DNA of 35,087 nucleotides. Source: Hydrurus foetidus (Eukaryota). Below the pieces are notes generated by a model that was not told where the DNA came from, did not search any database, and worked only from the letters and a program-made list of their open reading frames with translations. How positions within the stretch are numbered: the first letter of the stretch is position 1; each line of letters starts with the position of its first letter. The DNA lies in NCBI GenBank assembly GCA_900617105.1, contig UYFQ01000118.1, positions 1 through 35,087 on the forward strand, in the 5' to 3' direction. This document shows positions 11,801 to 21,126 of this stretch, piece by piece. The position numbers and the translations under genes were made by a program.

Positions 11801-12539
11801 GTCACCGCCTACCAACGCATCAACGGATCTCTCCTGTTCTATGCCCCACTCCGTAGTGACTGTCGCAAGGAGATCGTCCACCTCTGCACCAAAAACAACG
11901 CCCCCACTGTCTCTGACCAAGGCCATCAAATACAACTACTCCGCTACTTAAAAGGCCATCCCCACCTTGGCCCTACCTTTACCGCCATCCATTCCAACCA
12001 CCCTTCTGGTGTCATAATCCACGCCTCAGCTGATGCATCGCATGCCTGTCACCCTGATGGGTCAAGTCAGTGTCGGCACCAACACGGCCCCATTCCTCGC
12101 CTACTCAGCTAAAGAGAAAGGCATCTCACTCAACCCCTGCGAAACAGAATACAAAACCCTCACTAAATGCGCCAAGGACGTCATCTATTTTCGCCAATTC
12201 GCCGCTGATCTTGGTCATCCACAACTGTCTCCGACCGTTATCCTCGAAGACAACAAATCCGCAATCAAACTCACCACCGCCCCAGCTGTCACCCGCAAAT
12301 CACGCCATATTTTCATCAAACACCACTATATCCGATGGCTACACCAAACTCACCACATCCAACTTCTCCACCAAGGCACGCATGACATAGTCCCTGATGG
12401 CCTCACGAAATACACTCCACCGTCAGCCTTCCCGTTCTTCCGCGCCCGCATCCTTAACCTTTATCATCCCTCTGATCCCTCCGCCAACCCGGCTAACACC
12501 ACATCATCAAGCCCCGCCAACCCAGACCCTGCCTCATAA
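8810..12539 (+). pseudogene. pol: Copia-1 pol (protease, integrase, RT, RNase H), frameshift near 12065
   Basis: FWDTACS protease, LHHALGHPS...CVHC zinc finger, SFD/MHSD/HRVER integrase triad, ARLAIDG, YDITAAFLQ, YGLKQA, LHVDD RT motifs, ADASHA, ETEY, EDNKSAI, KSRHI, DGLTK RNase H motifs. Confidence 0.95.
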
Positions 12540-12586
12540 ATAGTTAAATCGTTCTTACATATACTTCAATTACGATTATCGGCGCA

Positions 12587-12822
12587 TGTTATAATATTGT
12601 CATAATATATTACGTACACCCATACCCCGCTCGTACATCGGGTCAGGTCAGGTCACATATAATCATCGACACTTAGTGTCGTTTCGCGTAACACTGAATT
12701 ACACAAAACTGTCGTCAATAGTTGACTCTTGCGACACACCTGCGCTAGCTACATTGCACTGATACTCACAATTCAACAACGCTCTAAAGTTAATAAGCAA
12801 ATCACTCGATTACCCTCCGACA
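12587..12822 (+). repeat. Copia-1 3' LTR
   Basis: Identical to 2136-2371, followed by TSD CTAAG. Confidence 0.97.
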
Positions 12823-13494
12823 CTAAGTACTCTCCCTCTTGAAAAAAATTTTGCAAGAGGTTTGCCTCGTGCCTTATCGGTTGGACAAGTGTCTGATCGA
12901 TTTGGATTAGCAAATAAAGCAGGTGAAAAATAATTCAAAGGTCTTCGACTAAGAGGCACTTGAGTCCGGTCTTCGGCTCACCAAACAGGTTCCTGTTGGC
13001 GGATCCAAAGGAGCAGGCGTTGCTGCTTTGAGTCTTGAAACAGGCTTGAAGTCCTGCTGATGATTGCCCGCGAAGTCTTTTGCAATTCAGATAGGGGATA
13101 CCTATGTTGCGTCAAACAGGTATTGACTTCTGTTCTTCAGCTGGCGTCGAAATGGCTTAGAGCTGGCAACCGATATAGCAATCGGGAATCCGTGAAGATC
13201 TTGAAGGCCTACTTTGAAGATCTTGGAAGCTCTTGAAATTCCTGAGCTTGAGAGTCTTGATCGGCTGTTGTTTTCAGATAGGGGATACCTATGTTTCACC
13301 GATTGCGCCAAGTCGTGAGAAACGTGTCGGAATGACAACGTTTGCTCAAATCCTGAGTTCTCCAACCAAATGCTTTGGAAGGACTTCTGAAAACTCGGTG
13401 GGCCGCGTGGACAGAAGTCTAGCTAAATAGGTGGATGGGTAGTAGGGGGCCAAGTAGTAGAATTTAGAAGGGAAAGCGGAACGAGTAGATCTAC

Positions 13495-13683
13495 TGTAGT
13501 CCAAATGAAGCAGGAGGTGTCAGAAAGGTAGTTAGGCTTACAACGAGAAAGAGTGGGGATGGGCTTGCAGAGGTGTAAAACTCTGCATGCAAAGCGTTGC
13601 AAGGTAACTAACAGGCTGCGAGAGGTCAGAAGGACTCTCAGCCACATGTACGGACGGCTATACGGTACTACGGAGGGTAGGAA
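13495..13683 (-). repeat. Gypsy-A 5' LTR, outer end probably truncated
   Basis: Ends ...GGACTACA on the minus strand like the Gypsy-B LTR. 13647-13683 resembles the interior of the Gypsy-C LTR. No second copy in the window. Confidence 0.7.
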
Positions 13684-13859
13684 TGTGGTACTAAATCCTG
13701 TACCATCACACTGCAAATTAATATGCATATCACAATACATCTCTAGCACAGCACTAGCTAGCTGCAGCCTTCTCCTAGAAGTTATCCTAGCTTCTAGCAT
13801 AGTCTGTAACTAACTACCGCCTACCCTTTCTATCGACCTTCTCTTCCATCCGGACTACA
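13684..13859 (+). repeat. Lone LTR related to Gypsy-B
   Basis: TGTGG...CCGGACTACA, shares ATACATCTCTAGC, TAGAAGTTATCCTAGCTTCTAGC and CTGTAACTAACTA with 8564-8805. Flanks GGAA and ACCC do not form a TSD. Confidence 0.88.
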
Positions 13860-14302
13860 ACCCCATTGAAATACGAATAGAATTGGCATGTAGAATATAT
13901 TTGCCTGTACTTTTTAAGAAATCTAGAGCCCTTGCTCCTGCAGACGTTGATCTGGGAGTTTGCACCAGATGAACCCCTCTTTGAATAGTCACTTTCAATG
14001 GCATCGCGAGTCACCGCTTCAAGCGTTATGAATGATTCATGGCTTTTTGTAATCGGATCAATGTATTCCTCCAGCAGTAAACCCTTTCCACGGTAGTTCC
14101 TGTTCGATTCAACAACTGCCCCATTTTGCTCATCGAAACTGTCATCATCGTCACTGGTCTCGGAGGCGGGTAGCGGAGAAGCAACCCTTTCCACGAAACC
14201 AGTTTTGTCATCCAAGATCATTCCAACCATCGTGGCTTGAAGCAACTTGTAAGCAAGAAACGTCGCTGAATATCTCTGAATGAATGACTCATACGAGCCC
14301 AC
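13860..14302 (-). other. Unidentified open frame truncated by the lone LTR
   Basis: About 147 open codons with protein-like composition; no motif recognised. Confidence 0.25.
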
Positions 14303-15508
14303 ACTACCAGCGGGCTTTGGCCCGACCCCATCCCGGGTGGACGCCCCATTTGTTTCAACTGATATTCGACGACAATTTCATCCAAGAAAAGGGCTAGACT
14401 AGCGCTTTTGAAGGAAGAGAAATTTTGTCAACGAAACTTACGCTTTATGAAAATTGTGGGGAAAATTTTCTTGTTCCCCAAACCAACGATTCTGTTTATC
14501 GAAAGTAACTATTCAGAGCGTCAAAATAACGAAATGATGTGACATATTACAAAGACACAATAGACAATGAAGGTACAGTGAATAAATGCAAAATTATTCA
14601 TGTCCCAGATTCTGGGTGTTTTATGTCAGTACAATGCAATTCCAAATTGTAATAACTAATTACCCTGTCATGGACAGCGTGACAACGAAATGTTCAAAGA
14701 ATCAAGTGCCAGTAACTTGATGCAAGAAAACATCTGTTAGTCTACCTCTGATACTAACACTAGTCTACCCTGCCTGACAAAAATACAGAATACAAAGTAC
14801 GAAGTCCAGTTCGTCTTCTATAAGTATCAAACGCTGGAGTTATCAAACGTGCGTAAGTACGAAGTAAATTAAGTCCAAAGTCCCTATCCCTAAATACGTG
14901 ATGGTGTATAAAAAGACTAAAAGACAAAGAATAGCAAGTCAAAGAGGGCGTCAAGTCACTGAGAATCTACTCCCATTTAGTGGAGACTAAAGGAACATGA
15001 TACTACATAGTGGAATATAAGAGTGGCGGTAATATTGCCGTTGAAAGCGTCGTATCGTACGACAGAATGGTTGTGTGTGAATTGCTTCTATGCGGCTTAC
15101 AATGTAATATGCCTACACTATATCTGTGCTGGTAACAGGAAAAGTGTAGAGACAATTTTAGGTAAGACCGAATGTAGATGTAGTTGTAGATGTGGATGTC
15201 TTGTGACAGCTATCGGGACAAGATACTTGCTGCTCTGCTGTCTATCGTACAGTACGTCTCCAACATCGTTCATGTACATTAAGATGATATGAAGTGCAAC
15301 TTATCGACGTAAAGGATATCTATCACTAAGACTCCTTCTCTCATAGACTGATCTATTACAGCGAAAGCCAGTAGATGCTCTACTAAATCCAATCATGTGG
15401 TACAGTAGCGCGTGGTGGCACTGCTGTAGGGTAGCTAGATAAGCTGAATAAGATGGGATGATTGACTATGACACTGCTCATCATCACCATGTACAGCACG
15501 GAAGTATA

Positions 15509-18313
15509 TCATGCACTCGAATAGATCAGGGTTGCATTAAAAGGTACCAAGGCAGATGGTCCAGCTGCTTTTGCTACTGCGCGGAGAGCAGCAGCAGTGT
15601 AACAGTAGTAGTCTTCAAGGCGCAGATAAGAGGCACCGAAGTTGCGGGCATTGAGCGCAAGTCTCTCTGCATGTCGCGGGTGGGATTTCAGCCACTGAAT
15701 TTTTTCTAGCAGATCAGCCGCGTTGACGGCTAGAGGGACTGTAGAAACGTGTAAGAGAAAGAGAATGAGAAAAGGTCGTGTACGCGAGGGGCAATCAAAT
15801 AAAGTCGGAGATCACTAATGCACTCCGAGACTCCTTCTTTGATATTCTCTATGCGAAGTATTGAACAGGCAACAAGTTGAGGGATTGTAAAGTATGGTCA
15901 CATACCGTAGTGCACCCAGGGCTTGAGGAAGGCGGAGTAGTGGTACAGGAAGTCGGTTTCTTGAAGCAATATGACTGCTCCAGAATGGGCAAGAAAAGTG
16001 TTAAGCCTGTCTGCGCTAGCAAGACCACCGATAACTATGAGATATTTGTAGCTCAGCATGTAGTCGGTCATACTAATTGACGCGGTTTGGTGGCCTTGCA
16101 GTGATTTCTGTGCTGTTCCGAATGCAGCGGTACTTGGACCTGAATTATTGATGTAGAGCTCTGCCCATTCCTGCTCTTTGAAGTGGCAGTTTGTGTGTTT
16201 CGTAGATGCAGGGTTGATATCTATGATTGGGTAGGGACGAGTAGGTGACTAAGGTGAGTAAGTGAGGTGAGAGAAGATAGTGAGGTGGGAGAGGATAAGT
16301 AGGTGAGATATCGTACCGTACTCTACCTGTTAGTTGGAAGCACAGGTTATACAACGCCTCCACGTCTTCAGGGTGTTCTAGAGCAATGTTGATGACCACT
16401 TGCCGCGCAATTACATGTTCACCAATGAAGCCATCGTCGGTCATGCTGCCGAAAAAAGCAGCTTTGTCTTTACGCTGCGTCCATGTGGAGGGCGGGGGTA
16501 TTGCCGCGTTGCTACTGTTGCTGGTGTGCAGATCTACAAGCCGCTGATCTGAGACCTCAACTGTTGAGTTGAAGACGCCGTTGCGGTACCTTTGCACCTC
16601 GATCTGATACGCTTGGTTCCACATGCCGGGTATGTCCGACGATGTCGATCCCGAAGGGGAACTACTGAAGAGCGGCACAGGGATATTCGAAGGCAACAGA
16701 GCAATCTCACCAGCAGCGAAAAATACGGAATCCGGTAGATCCGACACCCGGCCAACGACTTCCCGTATGATAAACTTGTAGTTCAAGTCGTTTCCACTAT
16801 CATGATTTTTCTTGAAACGGTGACTGCCCCACGGCCAATCGGTATATAAGGAACCGTTCATTATACGGAACATCACTGCTGAGGACAATCCTGAGAGCGA
16901 TGCGGTGTTATCCAAATGGTCAGAATATTTCCCAGACATCATTCTCTTGACTTGCGGATAGCAATCTATCCAGAGGCGGCAGTTAGATTCCAAGAAGGCA
17001 GCTACAAGAGTGAGAGTATTACTCGTCAAGGGAATATGTCGTGCCAGACTGAGAGCTCCGCCTTTGCCGTGTAGCTCAGGCTGAACTCTTGCACACTGCA
17101 GTATTTTATTGTATTCTTTCACGGTATACCGGATTCCAGGGTCCAGAAGTCTTACACGGTTTCGAGATACGGGGCGACCTGAAGTAACATCCCTTCGGAT
17201 ATTAAAAGGAAATATCCGTGATGGAAACCAGACATATTCATCACTGGATGCTTGGTCGGGTGCGTTGAATTCTGTCGTTCCGTCTGGATTGTCTTCTGCA
17301 TGGCAGCTAAACTTTATCGATCTTGAGATTTTTTCCTCAGTCTCACACGCATGAATAAATGGATTTTCTCTCACAAGTGACTTACAATTCTTCTCGTACT
17401 TTGATTCGTTTTCCATCCTCTTATGATGGTTAATCGCCATGCTCCTTTCGATGGAAGACATTCTCTCATTGTTGCGATTGAAGTGAATGAAGAGAGGTTG
17501 TGTTTTGGTCTCCGAGTTATAAATTGTGCCGTCAGAGCGAACATAAGGACCTACGGGATCACTCACCGCCCACTTGCTCGTCTGCAGGTTCGTACCAGAA
17601 GTTGTTTGAAAGATGGTGCAGTTGTGGTCGATTTCAATCTTGATGCCAGAGTGTTGGTTGCTTTCTGTTTGGTAGTGATGAAGGGCCAGCTGGTCATCAC
17701 GTAGTCCCCCAGATTGTGCCCCCAGTAATTTCACCCACAATGGCAGAAACTTCATCATGACTTGATATCTCGCTATAAAACCGCCAGAATTCGCGTATTT
17801 AAATGATGATGGGATGCTTTTGTCGAGCTCAATGCAGGGTATTGTCCCCGGCCAACATGTTCTCTCCGAAGAAAATAATATCGTGTCACTCTTCTCAATG
17901 GTAACAAAAGCTGCTTCAACTTGATCTTCGTTCCCAGCGTATAACACATCAGTCCCATCGTTGAAAACAACTATATCATCAGGGCTGAAAATGAAGCCTT
18001 TTCCGTACTCAAGATGTTTTAGAAGCTCAATAGTATTACACTGTGTAGGATCAAGACTAATGCTACCACTGTTGCCAAGTATGCCATGTTTAGGAAGTCC
18101 TAGAACTGTCAACTGTATACCATTTGAAAGAGCACTGCGAATGGAAGAGCATGGCATGGAATTCGTCACAGCTGTCAGGTACGTAAAAAAATAAACTTTG
18201 GAAGAAACCTCCACAAACATCCGTAGAAGCAGGAATGCGGTTATATTGAGTGCCGAATTTCGGATCATGTTAAACGAGAAGATTCTGAATGGCATCCGAT
18301 AATGTGACCACAT
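15509..18313 (-). CDS. Host gene: PLOD-type glycosyltransferase domain fused to a GT90/CAP10 domain; exons 18313-16327, 16220-15906, 15738-15509 (~843 aa)
   Basis: N-terminal hydrophobic segment. PLOD-GT motifs IVVFNDGTDV, ILFSSERTCWP, KYANSGGFIA, DDQL, IDHNCTIFQT. GT90 motifs W..RKDKAAFFGS, YKYLIVIGG...DRL, LKPWVHYVP, DLLEKIQWLK. Two phase-1 GT-AG introns (106 and 167 bp) join the frames without stops. Confidence 0.85.
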
Positions 18314-18563
18314 CGCTCGAGTCGTTCGAAGGTTTGACTTTGAAAGGACTAATGATCATGGAACCTGCAGCGCCCGCTCATGACCAATAACACCACATGA
18401 TGATTCAAAAATCCAACCGCAATACTTTGTGCTCAGTCATGCACACAATTGAAGCACGTTGACTGTTACGCAAGGATATTTTATATTTTCATTTGAACTG
18501 ATGAAGAACCCAGTGCTGTCTGGAACAACTTCTTCCAGATTTTGAGTCAGAGGGTTCAAATTT

Positions 18564-20021
18564 TCATAAAACAGAAAAATAAAAAATAAGTATTTCGTAT
18601 TTGGTGTTGTGGTGTATCCGTACTCCGTACAGTAGGTGTATGATTGGTTTCTTGAAAGGAAACTTCGGTGGAGTCTTCTGATCTTTCTTTAAAGGAGGTG
18701 GATTCTTGTTGGGCTTCTTGTCAGATGGTGCTCCCTTGTTTGGCGGCGCTGCTGCATGTGAATACTTGCATGAGGAACCGTTGGTACATAGGCCAGCGAT
18801 GTGACGTCTGCACAGCTCCAAGGTTGGAGTAAGGGAAGCCATCTTGTGAGCTACCGCTGGGGCAGGATCAAGAAGCACAAGGTATTTGATGGTGTCGTCG
18901 TAGGATGCCTTTGACGTCTTTGATGAGGCCATGATTGATAAGACGCTGAATCTTGCATCATGCTCCAGCTTTTCTTGTAGATGGTAAAGCTTTTGGTCAT
19001 CAGTGACGGGCACGCCACTTGCGACTTTGAGGACTCTGAAGGCCTCTTCGATGGTTGCCACATTCTCCTGAATGGTTTGTGTGGACTTGAGCTTCAGGGA
19101 GTGGAGCTGATCCGTTGCCTTCCTGATGTCGCTGTTTTTTGTGCCGTTGATGTGATCGTAGATAGTCTTGAACCATAGGACCGCATCGTTGTCGGCAATC
19201 ACACGTTTGATCAAATAATGTAGATCCTTCCCAGTAACCATATTGAGAATAACTAATAGTCAATCCAAATCGTGTAATCTTTTGAAGATGTCATCAGCTG
19301 GGATGACATCATACAATCCTTCTTCTGCTAATACCAGTGACCTAGGTGAGTACCCTCCAGGGTTCCGAGCAGTAATGACTGGTAACTCACGATCGCCTTT
19401 GGCTAATGTAAGAAGTTTACATTCACCTAGAGCGACCATGAACGTTTCCATGTTGTCGCGGTTGTCCTTCCCAGAGTTGGAAAACTTGGGCATCGAAAAG
19501 AAGAATTTCGATTGCGCAGAGGTTGTATCCAGGTATTCCGATATGGGCACCGATAAGATAGAAGAAGCCTTGGGCGTTGTAGCAGTTGGAATAGAAGCAG
19601 ATCCAACTGTTGATTTCGGTTGGGAGACCAACGGTGGAGGCTGCTGGATCTTAGAAGACATTATGTCGATGAGCCTTGCCACATCGGCGAAGGAAAATCT
19701 TGTCTCTGCATCCTGAGCCTCCAAATTGTCCGAAAATAAAGTTGTCGCTGTGGCTCCGAGATTCCGCGCCCGAGGTGCTAAAGGTGGTGTCGGAACAACC
19801 TCCTGATTTTGAAGGGCTAATTCCACCTCGTCTAGAAAATCACTATTTGGATTTTCTAAAGGAGGAATTGCTCCTGTCCTAGATCTTGTAACTCGACCAG
19901 TGAAGATGGGTTGAGCTGCTTCGATCAGAGTTCTGAACGGATGTTGAAGGAGGTCGGCAAGAGCCGGCGGAGAGTCTGTGTTGGACAGCTCGAACTCGTC
20001 TTCAGATCCATTATCACTCAT
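18564..20021 (-). pseudogene. gag: Copia-like gag fragment (Copia-2) with CCCH zinc finger, one in-frame TGA, 3' truncated
   Basis: ORFs 19260-20021 and 18564-19241 share a frame. Copia gag-like pattern (PKFS...METFMVALG, AVLWFKTI...LHSLKL...TIQE...KLYHLQEKL) followed by CRRHIAGLCTNGSSCKYSH. No pol follows. Confidence 0.7.
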
Positions 20022-20444
20022 GATTGCAGGGTTCTGAAAGTTGAGGAAGGAAATTCAGAATCCTGGAATCCACGGCAATCGTTTAATCACTATAAACAAT
20101 CGCTATCATGTAAGACTAAATACAAGATGTCACCTTCTAGCGTTCGCAGCGAAGGTGGAGAAGCAGCTGCAGGCTACTGTCTCAATTCAGTGAGCTATCG
20201 AGTAGACGAAGCTGTGAAGTACAACGTATTAAATTCTGATTAGAGTTTACAGATAGCCACGCAAAAGAGCTATCGGAACAGTTCATGACAGTGAAACTAC
20301 CTTGAGACAAAGTTCACAGCGAGATGTGTTGTTCATAGCATGTGCTTGAGGAACGTTGCATGAATGCTTATAGTAACGAAGTGTTTTGGCGATACTGAAG
20401 AATCATGAAAGGCGAACGTTCATTTGCGTGAGGTCAGAGGGTTC

Positions 20445-20661
20445 GTACTAACTGATACATGGCGATAGTACAGGGGTACGTATGGATGTATATGTATATG
20501 AACGTACATGCGTGAGTACTAACTGCTATATGGCGATATTATAGGAGTACGTATGCATGTGTATGTATAAGAACGTACATGCGTAAGTACTAACTGCTAT
20601 ATGGCGATATTATAGGAGTACGTATGCATGTGTATGTATAAGAACGTACATGCGTAAGTAC
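20445..20661. repeat. 71-bp tandem repeat, 3 copies
   Basis: Units start at 20445, 20516 and 20587 (GTACTAACTG...GAACGTACATGCGT(G/A)A). Confidence 0.93.
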
Positions 20662-21040
20662 AGTGGTACTTACGTATGTACGCCTATACATCTATGTACT
20701 ACGCTATTAGCAGCCGTACATACGTACTTATTATATATGTACATACATGTGTAAGTACGTGTGTGTACGTATGCATATAATAATTTGTACTAACATGTGC
20801 ACGTACGTATGTACGTGTGTGCGTGACCATACAAGTGTACGCTATGCTATATGCGTGCGTACGTACGTACGTACACATGTTGTGTATTGACTATGTACGT
20901 ACATGTGTAAGTACATGTGTGTACGTATGCATAAATGAGTATACACTAACATGTGTAAGTACGTGTGTACGTGTGCATGTTATCATATCTGCATGTGTAC
21001 TTACATACGTACGTGTCGCATAACATACATGTATATATTT
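20662..21040. repeat. Alternating purine-pyrimidine low-complexity tract
   Basis: Dense TACG/TATG/CATG/TGTG runs with ACATGTGTAAGTAC recurring. Confidence 0.85.
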
Positions 21041-21126
21041 GAAACTATATTTGCAACTATATTACTACAGACATATCTTGATAGAATCAAGTGGTCTGAC
21101 AAGGGGGTTGGACTCCACAAGAGCAT

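Larger units (their letters stand above)
2136..12822 (+). mobile_element. Ty1/Copia LTR retrotransposon Copia-1, full length, interrupted by Gypsy-B
   Basis: Identical 236-bp TG...CA LTRs, 5-bp TSD CTAAG (2131-2135 and 12823-12827), domain order gag-PR-IN-RT-RH. Confidence 0.96.
1..13683 (-). mobile_element. Ty3/Gypsy LTR retrotransposon Gypsy-A, 5' part (LTR, leader, gag, protease); runs off the left edge and is interrupted by Copia-1
   Basis: Minus strand has an LTR ending ...GGACTACA at 13495, a leader sharing motifs with Gypsy-C, gag similar to Gypsy-C gag, a CCHC knuckle and the protease motif ALLDTGS. Sequence is continuous across the CTAAG duplication at 2131-2135/12823-12827. Confidence 0.85.

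Noticed and set aside
14400..15500. Short ORFs between the lone LTR and the glycosyltransferase gene
   Set aside because: No recognisable motifs; treated as intergenic or UTR.
19260..19262. TGA inside Copia-2 gag as programmed read-through
   Set aside because: It lies mid-domain and is simply explained by a CGA-to-TGA change.
20060..20251. Possible Copia-2 LTR end at 20109 followed by TGATAGCGATTG and a hairpin
   Set aside because: No second LTR to fix the boundary, and the site could be a degenerate TGG-type PBS, so it was not counted as self-priming evidence.
20445..20661. Tandem array as a possible CRISPR
   Set aside because: Whole units repeat with no unique spacers, no cas genes, eukaryotic context.
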